Shown in pieces: positions 54,152-64,000 of a stretch of 64,000 nt of DNA; within the stretch, counting starts at the first letter, position 1, and every line of letters starts with the position of its first letter. The stretch is taken from positions 1 to 64,000 of the forward strand of contig DASWYF010000033.1 in the NCBI GenBank assembly GCA_036405135.1, read 5' to 3'. This DNA comes from Verrucomicrobiia bacterium (lineage in GTDB: Bacteria; Verrucomicrobiota; Verrucomicrobiia; Limisphaerales; JAEYXS01). The translations under genes were made by a program, and so were the position numbers. The notes below the pieces were generated by a model. That model was not told where the DNA came from. It did not search any database and saw nothing but the letters and a program-made list of their open reading frames with translations.

Positions 54152-55183
54152 TTAGAACAAGCTGTTCACCGCCGTGCCCAGCACGCTGAGCGGGCCGGTG
54201 TCTTCCAAGCCTTCGGTGGCTTTCTCCACCTTTTGCAGCGTCATCTTCACGTTCTTGTAGAAGCTCTCGTCGTTGACGAGCTTGCCGACAGAGCCTTGGC
54301 CTGAATTGATCTTCACGAGGATCTCTTTCAGATTCACCATGGCCGTGGTGGTTTCGTTGTAAAGCGTTTCATCCTTCAACAATTTGCCCATGGAGCCTTT
54401 GCCTTCGTTGATATCGTTCACGACTTTACGTGCATCGGTAAGTGCGCCTTCAGCCTGACCGAGTGCGCGGTTCGCGTTACCCACAATCGTGCGGGCTTCG
54501 CCGATGGCCACTTTGATATCTTCCGCCGTGGCGTTCAATGTGTTCACCGCGCCTTTGGCGTCGTTGAAGAGGCTTTCATCCGTCAGGAGCTTGCCGACGG
54601 TGCCTTTGCCTTCCGCCATCTGCGTGGAGACGTTCTGGAGGTTGCCGAGGATGATGCTCAGCTTGGGATTGTTCTCTTTCAGGAAGTCCGTCATCGGCCC
54701 GAGCACGTTCTGGATGCTGTCACCGCTGAAGCTCTTGGTGACGTTCTCGATGCCGGTGGCCACGTTATCCAGCTTGGCCATGATGGCGCTGAGGTCAGCC
54801 TGCTCGAGGGTCTCGATCGTGCCATTGTCTTCGAATTTAGTCGGTGCCATGCCGAGATTGATAGAGACGAAGTTCTGGCCCATGAGACCGGCGAACTTGA
54901 TCGCGGCCTTGGCGTCCGTCTTCACCGGCACGCCTTCATTGATCTTCATGGTGACCTTCACCTTGTCGTCCTCGAAGGCGATCTTATCCACGCGACCGAC
55001 TTCCACGCCGGCCATCTTCACGGGATCGCCCACTTTCAGCTCCTGCACGTTGGCGAAAAGGCCGTTCAGCTTGTAGCCGCGTTTGAAGAGGTTGGAGGCG
55101 CCGACCATCTCAAACAGGATGAAGGCGGCGATCATCGCAAGGGCGAAGAACAGGCCGAGCTTGGTTTCGAGCGTGTTTTTCAT
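54152..55183 (-). CDS. mlaD: MCE-domain protein, MlaD-like (extended C-terminus)
   Basis: N-terminal TM helix plus an MCE domain (..LKVGDPVKMAGVEVGRVDKIAFED..). Lies downstream of mlaF/mlaE homologues. Confidence 0.75.
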   Translation of the reverse strand: MKNTLETKLGLFFALAMIAAFILFEMVGASNLFKRGYKLNGLFANVQELKVGDPVKMAGVEVGRVDKIAFEDDKVKVTMKINEGVPVKTDAKAAIKFAGLMGQNFVSINLGMAPTKFEDNGTIETLEQADLSAIMAKLDNVATGIENVTKSFSGDSIQNVLGPMTDFLKENNPKLSIILGNLQNVSTQMAEGKGTVGKLLTDESLFNDAKGAVNTLNATAEDIKVAIGEARTIVGNANRALGQAEGALTDARKVVNDINEGKGSMGKLLKDETLYNETTTAMVNLKEILVKINSGQGSVGKLVNDESFYKNVKMTLQKVEKATEGLEDTGPLSVLGTAVNSLF

Positions 55184-55192
55184 AAGGCTGCT

Positions 55193-55954
55193 TTAATTTA
55201 AATTTTGGAAACTGGCGTTAAGAAATTTTTGGATCTGCGGATCTTTGGACTGCTGCAATTCCTTGGGCGTCCCTACTTGCAGGACTTTACCCTCGTGCAT
55301 CACGGCGATGCGATCGGCGATGCCGAAGGCGAGGTCACGATCATGGGAAACGACGATGGAGGTCACATCGCTCTGCTCATTCAGGGTTTTGATCTCCTGG
55401 CCGATGGTGACGGCGATGAGGGGGTCCAGCTCGCTGGTCGGTTCATCATAGAGGATGACTTGCGGATCGATGACGAGCGCACGGGCGATGGCCACGCGCT
55501 TCTTCATGCCTCCGGAAAGTTCCTCGGGCATGCGATGCTCCTGCCCTTTCAGACCGAGCGCCTCGAGCTTCTCCTTCACCAACTTGTCGATGTCTGTCTG
55601 CGGCATGAGCCGGTGCTCGCTCAAATAGAGGCCGACGTTCTCCGCCACTGTCAAAGAGTTCAGCAAGGCGCCTGACTGGAAGACCATGGCCAGGCGGTAG
55701 CGCTCCAGCATATCGGGCGATTTGATGGAGTGATCGTCGATCAGCACATCGCCGGAATCAGGTGTCTCGAGACCGATGAGGTGTTTGAGCAGCACACTCT
55801 TGCCGCTCCCGCTGGGCCCCATGATGACGAAGATCTCACGCGGCTTGATCTGCAGGTCGATGCCATGCAACACCTCAACGCCATGGAAACTCTTGCGGAG
55901 TCCCTTAACCTCGACGCTGACGCTGGGGTGCTGATTGGAGACAGCCTGGCTCAT
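55193..55954 (-). CDS. mlaF: ABC transporter ATP-binding protein, MlaF-like
   Basis: Walker A GPSGSGKS, signature LSGGMKKRV, Walker B ILYDEPTS. Confidence 0.8.
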   Translation of the reverse strand: MSQAVSNQHPSVSVEVKGLRKSFHGVEVLHGIDLQIKPREIFVIMGPSGSGKSVLLKHLIGLETPDSGDVLIDDHSIKSPDMLERYRLAMVFQSGALLNSLTVAENVGLYLSEHRLMPQTDIDKLVKEKLEALGLKGQEHRMPEELSGGMKKRVAIARALVIDPQVILYDEPTSELDPLIAVTIGQEIKTLNEQSDVTSIVVSHDRDLAFGIADRIAVMHEGKVLQVGTPKELQQSKDPQIQKFLNASFQNLN

Positions 55955-56697
55955 AGATTAAAATACAGGAGAATACGGGTGAGCACGTAATCCAGGATGA
56001 GGATCATCACGATGGAGTTCACCACCGCCTTGGTGACGGAACGGCCGATGCCGCGCGGTCCGCCGATGGTCTGCAAGCCTTGATGGCAGCAGACGACACC
56101 AATGGTCACCGCGAAGACGAAACTTTTGATCAGGCCGTTTACCACATCGCTGACCTCCACCACATTGCGCAAATTATTGAAATAGGTGGCGAACGAGATG
56201 CTGATGTCTTTGTTGAACACCGAGACGAGTGCGCCGCCCATCCAGCCGACCATCACCGCGAAGACCACGAGCATGGGCAGCGCCAGGCTGATGGCAACCA
56301 CGCGCGGGAGGACGAGGTATTGGATGGGATTGATGTTCATCGTCTTCAAGGCATCGATCTCCTGATAGACGCGCATGGAGCCGATCTCCGCGGCCATCGC
56401 AGAGCCGATGCGGCCGGTGATGAGCACCGCCATCATCACAGGGGCGAGTTCTTTGCAGACGGAAATGCCGACGATACCGCCGATCAAGCCGGCCAGGCCG
56501 CGCTCGACCATCACCGGACCCGTCTGGAGGGCCAGCACACCGCCGATGAAGAGGGAGAGGATGCACGCCATGAGGAGACTGGCGTTGCCGATCTCAAAGA
56601 GCTGCTCGAATGTCTTCAGGCGCTGCCGCCACAACTGCGGGAGCGACTGCAGCGTGCGCCAGAAAAGGATGATCATTTCGCCGATGTCCTGAAACAT
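55951..56697 (-). CDS. mlaE: ABC transporter permease, MlaE family
   Basis: 248 aa, 5-6 TM helices. MlaE-like N-terminal region. A 4-nt overlap with mlaF. Confidence 0.8.
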   Translation of the reverse strand: MFQDIGEMIILFWRTLQSLPQLWRQRLKTFEQLFEIGNASLLMACILSLFIGGVLALQTGPVMVERGLAGLIGGIVGISVCKELAPVMMAVLITGRIGSAMAAEIGSMRVYQEIDALKTMNINPIQYLVLPRVVAISLALPMLVVFAVMVGWMGGALVSVFNKDISISFATYFNNLRNVVEVSDVVNGLIKSFVFAVTIGVVCCHQGLQTIGGPRGIGRSVTKAVVNSIVMILILDYVLTRILLYFNL

Positions 56698-56700
56698 AGT

Positions 56701-58176
56701 CTATGACTTCGAGTTTGCGCCTTCCTGCACGGCAGGTTTCGAGCCAGTCGCCTTTTTGCCCAGCGGGATGTAGAACAACCGGTATTGCCGGGTCTCAGGC
56801 GTGGATTGATACTGGAAAAGACCGAACAGGAGCGAGCATTTTGTCTGCTCCGGGGATTTGTCCTTACGATAGAGATTCCACAAGAGCGAGTGGCTGGAGG
56901 CCTGTGTCTTGGGGTCACGCTCCGTGCGCCAGATGGACCAGAGCGGCGAGTAGCTGCGCTCGATGCTCTTGTTGTTCGGCAACATCGGTTCCAGCGGAGC
57001 AAGGATCTGGAGACGATACTTGTCATCCAAGCCCTTCTTCGAGGTGAAGAAGGGCCAGAAATCCACGCGACGCATGTGCTTGCCCGTATCGGTGTTCCGC
57101 TCGATCAAGTCAGAGTAGAGGAAGAACATGACGCGGGAACGTTCGCGGTCCAAGGGCGCGGACCGGATGCGGTTGTACTTCCACACCGGCCAGAGGTAGA
57201 AATCACTTTGCTTGAAGGAATTCTTCGCTTTGCCGAAGAGCGGCCAGACACGGTTCACCACTTTTTCACCGCGGGCGAAAACGATGAGGGGCCAGGGGAG
57301 GCCATACTCATGGTATTTCTTTGCGCGATCATCCGTGTAGGTGAAACCGAGCGGCCAGGGGAAGGTGTAGGAATCGCGCAAAGGGGACTCGTAGATGCTG
57401 TAGAGGGGCAGCAATACGCGAACTTTTTGAGGATCATCCGTACCGAGATTCAAGTCGTTATGATGGTAGAATGGCCAAAGGGCGAACCACTTGTCATGGG
57501 CAGCGACAGGCTCGACGTCACCGAAACCATTCGTCTTGGTGGTCATGCCTTTGAATTCATGGCCGAAGATAGGCCAGAACTGCCAGCCGCTCAAATTATC
57601 CCCTTTGCGCAGATGGAAGATGGGATAGATGTAATTATCCGTGACCACATCTTTCTTGCGGCTCTGTCCATAAATGGGGAAGGCCACGAAATGGATTTCG
57701 TCGCGGAACAGGCGGTTCTTCAACGTGCCATAGAACGGGAAGAATGCAGTGTAGTTATGGTTCGTATCCGGCGAGCGTTGCTGAAAATAAAAAGGGAACA
57801 GTGTGAAGCGGTCTTTCGGCACTTCTTTGTCCAACGTCTTGCCTCCTGCAAAAGCGAACACTTGGAGGATATGGAATCGATACTCCGCGCCGAAACGATC
57901 ATAGCTGACGAGCGGGTATAGAACATCCATCTCCGTCATATCCATCTCAGGATCGGTAGTGCGGGCAAAAAGAGGCGGGATGGCCCACAGGTTGTTGCCC
58001 TGGCTTTGCTGGTGGTAAAAAAGTGGTCCTAGCAGTTCGAACCGTTCGCCAGGTTGCAATGTCAAAGGGAAGACATGCGCCAACAACCCGGCCGAGAGGC
58101 TGTTGGTCTGGGCCGAGGCCGGGCGGGCGAATATGGCCAGCAGGACGGTCAGCAGAGTTAAATAGCGCAATGTCAT
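56701..58176 (-). CDS. Hypothetical secreted / outer-membrane-like protein (aromatic-rich, beta-rich)
   Basis: Signal peptide MTLRYLTLLTVLLAIFARPASA. Very rich in W/F/Y/P. Sits 3 nt upstream of mlaE in the same operon. Confidence 0.5.
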   Translation of the reverse strand: MTLRYLTLLTVLLAIFARPASAQTNSLSAGLLAHVFPLTLQPGERFELLGPLFYHQQSQGNNLWAIPPLFARTTDPEMDMTEMDVLYPLVSYDRFGAEYRFHILQVFAFAGGKTLDKEVPKDRFTLFPFYFQQRSPDTNHNYTAFFPFYGTLKNRLFRDEIHFVAFPIYGQSRKKDVVTDNYIYPIFHLRKGDNLSGWQFWPIFGHEFKGMTTKTNGFGDVEPVAAHDKWFALWPFYHHNDLNLGTDDPQKVRVLLPLYSIYESPLRDSYTFPWPLGFTYTDDRAKKYHEYGLPWPLIVFARGEKVVNRVWPLFGKAKNSFKQSDFYLWPVWKYNRIRSAPLDRERSRVMFFLYSDLIERNTDTGKHMRRVDFWPFFTSKKGLDDKYRLQILAPLEPMLPNNKSIERSYSPLWSIWRTERDPKTQASSHSLLWNLYRKDKSPEQTKCSLLFGLFQYQSTPETRQYRLFYIPLGKKATGSKPAVQEGANSKS

Positions 58177-58436
58177 TGACTTGTGTGGGCGCAAAGCCGG
58201 GCTAACTTTACGTTGCCTAGGCCAACCGTCAAGGAAGGTAGTGACGGATAGGAACGGAATTCAGATGCTCTACATCAAATCACTATATCGTTACCGTTTC
58301 CGCCAGTTTCCATATATTGACGCCTTTTTTGCAAAAACAGGGTTTGACTTTTTATTCACACTTTACTAATTTTGCACAATTCGATTGAGGCAATTACCTC
58401 GGTTCCTCCCGGCCCAGTGGCAATAGTGCATTATTG

Positions 58437-61157
58437 TCACTGGGTTTTTTGTATCTTCCAGCCCGTTCGCGAGAGGAAAATCAACAATGCGGGCAGGAAT
58501 GTTATCGATGCAATCATGCTGGCAGCGACACCGAGGGACATCACCCAGCCTAAACTCTGTATGCCTTGGTGCTTGGCCAAAATAAGGCTGCCGAAGCCCG
58601 CCACCGTTGTCAGTGCCGAAACGATCACGGCCTTGCCTGTGCTCTTGGCCAAAATGCTGGGATTCTGTTCTTCCGCGAACCGGTTCAAGATATGGATGCC
58701 GTTCGTCACGCCGATACCCACCACCAGCGGTAATGTCATGATGTTCGCGGGGTTGAAGGGAATTCCAAATGTGCCCATAATACCGAGCGTCCACATGCTG
58801 CCTAACAACACGGGCAGCAGCGCCAGGATCACACACACGAGCGATCGGAAATGGATGAGCACCATGATGGCGATGGCGATGATCGCATACCAGGCGGCTT
58901 CTTCATAACTTCTGCGTAGGAGGTCGGTGTATTCGAGCAACTGCACCGGTGTGCCGGTGATGATGGGATGATTGGTGCCTTGCGGATCCAGCGTCTGGCG
59001 CAGTTCACCCACGAACTTCTCCTGCACATCGCGCCGCCAAACATCATCTTTCGGATACGCCTGGATGAGGTACTTGCCGCCCACACCGATGAAACGATTG
59101 CGCAAAGCGGGCGGCAGATCTTCCGCCCTGAGCGGCGCGCTGTCATCCTGCGTCTTCAAGGAGGCAAAGGTTTCGCGCAGATCTTGCAGCAGGGCCTGCT
59201 GGTAAAAGGCGACCTGGTAGGAATTGAACTCCTTGTTTCCCGCGTTGATGCGATTGCGCAATTCACCGACGGCTTTCCAGATGGATCGCAGGCCGGCTTC
59301 CATTTCCGGCTCGTTCTTGCCCTGGATCATCTCCAGAGCTTTGCCGAAGTAACCTTGCAGAGAGTAAAGCGTCAGGCTCAGGTCATTGATGTTAGCCTTC
59401 CGGTCATCGATGCTGGCGAAGTGGATGTCCGCCACGGCCTCCTTCACTTTTCTGACATACTCCAGCTTGCGCGTCTGGTCTTCCGAGAGGTAGCGGCTCA
59501 TGGACTGCACATCCGCCACCGAGGAAAGGCCACGCAACTTTTTCTCGATCTCGATCGCCTCCGGCAAGGTGTCCGCGACGATCGCGCCGTAAAGCACGGA
59601 GTTGGAGGCGGAGTTGATCAGCTTCTTCTCATACACCACGGCGGGCAAACCGTGGGATTGCATGTTCAGCAGGTTGTAATCGAAGATCACGTGTCGCGCC
59701 TGCCAGAAACAAAGCGCCGTGAGGAGCACCGTGGCCGTCAGCACCAGTTCCGGGCGGTCCAGCCAGAGGCGTTCGATGCGCTCGCGCCGGTCTTCTTTGG
59801 GCGGATGCACGTGATCGATCACGTTCTGGCGCCCGCGCAATAGCAGGGCTGGCAGCATGGTCATCATGGGTATGAGGCAGACAAGGAGACCGCCACCGGC
59901 GATGACGCCCATCTCCTGGATGCCCTTGAAGTCCGTGAAACTCATCGCGAAAAACGCGCCCGCAGTGGTCAGACAGCCGGTGAAGATGCCCAGGCCGGTG
60001 TTCACCATGGCCTTGTGCAAGGCGCTTTGCTGGCTGGCGCCATGGCGCAACTCCTCCTCGTAACGCGTCACGAGATGCACGCCGAAATCAATCGCCAGAC
60101 CGATGAGCATCGGCGCAAAGGTGATGGTGAGGATGTTCAGATGGCCTACGGCCAAAGTGGTGTAACCCATGGTCATGCCAAGCCCCATGATAAGGCAGAT
60201 GGTCGCCTTGATGGGCCGGCCAGATTCTTGATATCCGTAGATGAAGATCAACGCGCAGAGGATCAGCGAGACGATGCTGGCCACCATCGTATCCTTTTGG
60301 GATTGGTTCATCTCGTCCAGCTCCAGAACGGATTCCCCCGTGATGCCTGCATTCACCCCCGGCACTTGTTGTTGAATCTCTGCCACTAATGCACGCAAGC
60401 GCCGGATGGCGGCACCCACTTCCTCAGGATCGGCCGCTTGAGCGGAGACGAGATAAAGGCGCCCGCCATCAAACGTGATATAAATCTTCTGCTCGGCCTC
60501 CTGTCCCTGTCCGAAGAGCGCGTTCACACCCGGTGAAGGCGGCATGCCGGGACGGTCCATCGAATCCTTCGCCTGCTTGATGATGCGCTGCAGTGCGGGC
60601 AGGGACTCCAGCATCGGCTTGATGTCGATGTTGGTGTTCATGCCCGCCGCGACGAACTGGCGGTTCATCTGCTGAAACATCGAATTCAGATTCGTGGCCT
60701 GGGCGAAGGTCTGGATAAAGGGCTTGTACTCCAGCAGCGTATGGTGAAGTTCCCCCAGTTGCTCTTCCGGCACGAAAAGGAGGGCCTTTGGCCCCATCAG
60801 TTTCAGGTCGCCCTTGTAAAAGACATCCGCGAAATGATTCGTCTCCGCCTCCATGCGGGCGCCGAGACGTTCGACGAACTGGCGGTTCTTCTCCGTGCGA
60901 TCGCTTTCCACCACCACCACCAGATCATCCTGCCGGGGAAACTGTTCCTTATACTTCAGGAAGTTCTGGTGATACTTCTTGTCCCCGCCGACCAGGTCAT
61001 TCCGCTTCGTGCTGAAGCCGAGGAATTTGACGGTGATGCCGACGCACAGGATGAAGACCAGCACCATCGGCCAGACGAACAATTTGGGCTTTTGGTAGAC
61101 GACTTCAGCCAGCCGGTTCAGCAGCTTTTCGGCAAAGGATTGTTTCGGTGCGGACAT
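58437..61157 (-). CDS. MMPL/RND-superfamily transporter (HpnN-like)
   Basis: 906 aa with two 6-TM bundles, each preceded by a large loop. Typical MMPL topology. Confidence 0.8.
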   Translation of the reverse strand: MSAPKQSFAEKLLNRLAEVVYQKPKLFVWPMVLVFILCVGITVKFLGFSTKRNDLVGGDKKYHQNFLKYKEQFPRQDDLVVVVESDRTEKNRQFVERLGARMEAETNHFADVFYKGDLKLMGPKALLFVPEEQLGELHHTLLEYKPFIQTFAQATNLNSMFQQMNRQFVAAGMNTNIDIKPMLESLPALQRIIKQAKDSMDRPGMPPSPGVNALFGQGQEAEQKIYITFDGGRLYLVSAQAADPEEVGAAIRRLRALVAEIQQQVPGVNAGITGESVLELDEMNQSQKDTMVASIVSLILCALIFIYGYQESGRPIKATICLIMGLGMTMGYTTLAVGHLNILTITFAPMLIGLAIDFGVHLVTRYEEELRHGASQQSALHKAMVNTGLGIFTGCLTTAGAFFAMSFTDFKGIQEMGVIAGGGLLVCLIPMMTMLPALLLRGRQNVIDHVHPPKEDRRERIERLWLDRPELVLTATVLLTALCFWQARHVIFDYNLLNMQSHGLPAVVYEKKLINSASNSVLYGAIVADTLPEAIEIEKKLRGLSSVADVQSMSRYLSEDQTRKLEYVRKVKEAVADIHFASIDDRKANINDLSLTLYSLQGYFGKALEMIQGKNEPEMEAGLRSIWKAVGELRNRINAGNKEFNSYQVAFYQQALLQDLRETFASLKTQDDSAPLRAEDLPPALRNRFIGVGGKYLIQAYPKDDVWRRDVQEKFVGELRQTLDPQGTNHPIITGTPVQLLEYTDLLRRSYEEAAWYAIIAIAIMVLIHFRSLVCVILALLPVLLGSMWTLGIMGTFGIPFNPANIMTLPLVVGIGVTNGIHILNRFAEEQNPSILAKSTGKAVIVSALTTVAGFGSLILAKHQGIQSLGWVMSLGVAASMIASITFLPALLIFLSRTGWKIQKTQ

Positions 61158-61256
61158 GGCGGAATCAGGCGGTCACACCGGTCTCTGCATTGGTATAAGG
61201 CGTTATCACGTTCTTTGATCCCGGTTGCCCCTGGTTTTCACATGGCGTTCTTCAAC

Positions 61257-61628
61257 TCAAGCACCGGGAATGGGCGGCACAGGCATGTTTTTCTGTTCCG
61301 TTTCCACCTGGACCGCGGTGCCGTAGCATAGCACCTCTGTGATGCCCACGCCAATCTCTGTGGCGTCATACCGCACACCGATCACCGCATTGGCGCCCAT
61401 CTCACCAGCCTGACTAAGCATCTGGCGGAAGGCGTCATCACGTGCCTGCTCGCACAGACTGGTATAGAGCGTGATGTTCCCGCCGAAGAAGGCCTGGATG
61501 CTCGCGCCCATGTTTCCAATAGCCGAACGCGAACGCACCACGATGCCGCGTGCCACTCCGCAGTTGCGGAGGATGCGGTAGCCCGGCAGTTCAAAAGCCG
61601 TGGTCGTGAGCGGATGCGTAAAACTCAT
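61257..61628 (-). CDS. ybjQ: YbjQ family protein (UPF0145)
   Basis: 123 aa. Glycine-rich YbjQ-like core (..[34 protein letters not shown]..). Confidence 0.7.
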   Translation of the reverse strand: MSFTHPLTTTAFELPGYRILRNCGVARGIVVRSRSAIGNMGASIQAFFGGNITLYTSLCEQARDDAFRQMLSQAGEMGANAVIGVRYDATEIGVGITEVLCYGTAVQVETEQKNMPVPPIPGA

Positions 61629-61805
61629 ACGGTCGCGGGATTCAATACCAGCGGGCGAGGAAAGACAATTTTTGATTCAGCAAACCTTTGGACAATCAGA
61701 TGTGTAGAATGGACTCGATTCGGTGTGCTTTTTCAGCAGACTTGGATGCCATGGAAGCCAGCGCTGTTTGGGTTAAGGTAAGGAAATAGCAATTTTATAA
61801 AGGAT

Positions 61806-62213
61806 ATGAACCCCGGGATGAGAAACGCGTTGGGGATATATGCCCTGATCGCTGCAGGAATGATGGTGGTCTTTGTTAAAGATTTTTGGGATAAGCCCGT
61901 GTGGGTAACGGTTGCGATTCTTTTATTTGGGCATGGTGTGACGGGGGTAATGCAATCGTTTCGTGAAATCTCACCCGCAGAAAAGAAAGCTGCTGAAGTC
62001 TTCGCACAACAATATCCGCAGCTCGAAAATGGAGGAATGACAGTTCAGGCAGAGGAGAAAGACCGGGTCATCATCTTGGTTTATCACTGGGAAAAGGGCG
62101 GCCTGCCGTCCAAACCTTGCGCTTTAAAAATGTTTTCCGTGGCCAAGGATTTGAGTGCGGTCGAAGAGCTGGCGTGGGAACCGGGTTCTCCCTATTGGTT
62201 CGGGCGGAAATAA
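61806..62213 (+). CDS. Hypothetical small membrane protein (lower-GC patch)
   Basis: 135 aa with 2 TM helices. No motif recognised. Confidence 0.35.
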   Translation: MNPGMRNALGIYALIAAGMMVVFVKDFWDKPVWVTVAILLFGHGVTGVMQSFREISPAEKKAAEVFAQQYPQLENGGMTVQAEEKDRVIILVYHWEKGGLPSKPCALKMFSVAKDLSAVEELAWEPGSPYWFGRK

Positions 62214-62323
62214 AAAAGGTACGGTGCTTGTCCCCTCACCAAAAAAGGCTTGGCGTAGCGGTTGAATTATCAGGCAGATGCGCGCAACGTAATACCACGC
62301 ACAAAGCAAGAGGCGGCCTCAGC

Positions 62324-62863
62324 ATGAAGCTATTCTCTGATAAGCCCAAACCGATGGGACCAGTGGACGGGTGTCTGAAACTGGCCATCACTTTTGCGCA
62401 GGCACATGGTGCCACTAAGATCATATTTGGTGAGCCTCCGGCTGATGGTTGTCCGCGTACCCCTTCTCAAGCCCGCATGGAAGTGCCGATACCTTGGGCA
62501 GATGAAGATATGCTGCGGTTTAGCGGGGACAGGGCTACATATGAGCATAAGTGGGCACCTGGCCGTTCCTATCCCAATATTCCCATCTGGATGAAAACGG
62601 ATCAAGGATACGAGGAAAGGCCAGCCGTGCATGGCGTTCTTTGGCTGCCCATGCTGACGATGCTGGATGAGTGGAACGGCAGGCTTCTTTATCACAACGG
62701 CGAAATCGAGGATTGCCCTGATGAGTTTAAGACAGCGGATGACAGTGCGTTCATGTCCTGTTTCATCTACGAATCCAGCAAAGACCGCCGCTCCAGGGTT
62801 TCACTTGGCATGGAGTCGAACTATTGTTTTTCTCTGACACTCAATCCGCTGCCGCCAGCATAA
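62324..62863 (+). CDS. Hypothetical protein
   Basis: 179 aa from the internal ATG (MKLFSDKPKPMG..). No recognised motif. Confidence 0.35.
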   Translation: MKLFSDKPKPMGPVDGCLKLAITFAQAHGATKIIFGEPPADGCPRTPSQARMEVPIPWADEDMLRFSGDRATYEHKWAPGRSYPNIPIWMKTDQGYEERPAVHGVLWLPMLTMLDEWNGRLLYHNGEIEDCPDEFKTADDSAFMSCFIYESSKDRRSRVSLGMESNYCFSLTLNPLPPA

Positions 62864-62876
62864 ATATTTTAAAATC

Positions 62877-63449
62877 ATGACACGCATTCTGCTCTTCATC
62901 GGTGCTTTGCTGGGCTCAATGCTTTTATGCGGCTGTCGCTCCGCTCAGGAAGCGAAGCCGTCATCGCCCTTGCCAACGGCTGCTCAGTCAGTGGCAAAAC
63001 CAACCCCCAAGCCGCTTTACATGATTAGCGCAGGCGGACCGCATTCGGTCGTCGGCTTGGACCGGCCGCCAGAATCCAATCACGTGGCCATAGCTTTCTC
63101 GCGTCAAGGCGAAGCCAGCGGCATCTACCGCCTCACCAATCATGAACCGGTCCGGGTCTTGATCTGGAATGTGCGCGTGCAGGTTCCCGCCAAAGATTCC
63201 GGCACTGACGGCTTCGGTTGGAAAACAGTTCATGACGATTATCCCACCGGCCTCAAAGGTTATAACATTCCTCCCGGCGGTGCGGATGAGATTGAGGCAC
63301 CTATGTTTGGCGCAGGGCCGTGGCGCGTCTGCGTGCTCTATAGCAAAGAGAAGCTCAGTCCCGATGGAAAATATAGATTCTATGGAAGTTACGAGATCGT
63401 CAGCCGCGAATTGAACGAAGACCAGTTACGCGGTCCGATGATCCGATAG
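62877..63449 (+). CDS. Hypothetical lipoprotein
   Basis: Lipobox LLGSMLLCGC. Confidence 0.45.
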   Translation: MTRILLFIGALLGSMLLCGCRSAQEAKPSSPLPTAAQSVAKPTPKPLYMISAGGPHSVVGLDRPPESNHVAIAFSRQGEASGIYRLTNHEPVRVLIWNVRVQVPAKDSGTDGFGWKTVHDDYPTGLKGYNIPPGGADEIEAPMFGAGPWRVCVLYSKEKLSPDGKYRFYGSYEIVSRELNEDQLRGPMIR

Positions 63450-63452
63450 CTT

Positions 63453-64000
63453 ATGAATATCTCCGCTGCCCGCTTGTTACTGTTCGGTTTCTTGCTCATC
63501 CAATCGTCAGTCGCTTTCGCTGCCGAGCCGCGCACAGTCATCGTCTTCGGTGATTCCATCACGCACGGCAGTGCCTTGCCTAAGGAGCAACAGGGCCAGA
63601 TCTGGATGGCGCTCATCCAGAAACAGACTGAGGGCAAACTCAAGCTGGTGAACGAGGGCAAGGGCGGTCGCCCGACGAATTCCGTGAAAGAGTTCGAGGC
63701 CATGCTGCTCAAGCACAAGCAGGCGGATCAGCTCGTCATCTCGCTCGGCACGAATGATTCGCGTGACATCACGGACCAATGCGTGCCCAAGGCGGTGACG
63801 AATATCACCGCCATGATCACCAAAGCGCGCGCAGCGTATGGCGAGAAGCTGCCGATCCTGCTGGTCGGCCCGCCGAACATTAACAAAGCCGCGCTGGGAC
63901 CGACGAAGCCGATCGCCAATGAACGTGAAGGCAAGTTAAAGGAACTAGGAGCCGCGTTTGAGAAACTGGCTAAGGAGAAGAATTGCGATTACGTCAGCCT
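63453..64000 (+). CDS. SGNH/GDSL hydrolase family protein (3' end truncated by window)
   Basis: Signal peptide, then block I VIVFGDSITHG (GDS). The ORF runs off the end of the window. Confidence 0.6.
   Translation, partial: MNISAARLLLFGFLLIQSSVAFAAEPRTVIVFGDSITHGSALPKEQQGQIWMALIQKQTEGKLKLVNEGKGGRPTNSVKEFEAMLLKHKQADQLVISLGTNDSRDITDQCVPKAVTNITAMITKARAAYGEKLPILLVGPPNINKAALGPTKPIANEREGKLKELGAAFEKLAKEKNCDYVS

Overview
This 64-kb segment is high in G+C (roughly 60% by eye, not computed) and looks like chromosome from a member of the Planctomycetes-Verrucomicrobia-Chlamydiae (PVC) superphylum, most plausibly Verrucomicrobiota. The taxonomic call rests on hallmark PVC families: a DUF1501 + PSCyt1/PSCyt2/PSD1 (DUF1549/DUF1553) gene pair, Tat-signal Gfo/Idh/MocA oxidoreductases, a sulfatase, and two 'membrane-bound-dehydrogenase-like beta-propeller' proteins, one with HEAT repeats and a CxxCH cytochrome c tail.

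Gene content in order: lutA-(SAM methyltransferase)-lutB-lutC; an AraC regulator; a YtrA/GntR regulator heading an ABC-exporter operon whose permease is fused to a large extra domain and a C-terminal zinc ribbon; an esterase; a minus-strand block (described below); a zincin peptidase, mntR, mnmE, hpt, moaD/moaE, an Opp/Dpp-type ABC importer (substrate-binding protein plus two permeases), aldehyde dehydrogenase + fumarylacetoacetate-hydrolase (FAH) family protein, dtd, NIPSNAP, a lytic transglycosylase (SLT) domain protein, mlaFED plus an MMPL transporter, ybjQ, and an SGNH hydrolase truncated at the window edge.

The minus-strand block at 16.5-27.3 kb is the candidate undescribed system. It runs NfeD/YqiJ-like protein, flotillin, a 326-bp structured spacer, a giant 1779-aa AAA+ ATPase (AAA_5/McrB/MoxR type), a translationally coupled 476-aa protein with a C-terminal PD-(D/E)xK-like motif, and a low-GC membrane protein bracketed by MITE-like repeats.

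Non-coding structure is rich:
- two MITE-like repeat families;
- a REP-like GC-rich palindromic family;
- pervasive period-7 tandem repeats in intergenic regions;
- a recurrent GGAGTTTCAAGTGTTC upstream motif;
- a recurrent stop-codon-adjacent CGTAGTGGG + hairpin motif;
- a 175-bp element bounded by perfect 27-bp inverted repeats.

No rRNA, tRNA or CRISPR array was recognised.
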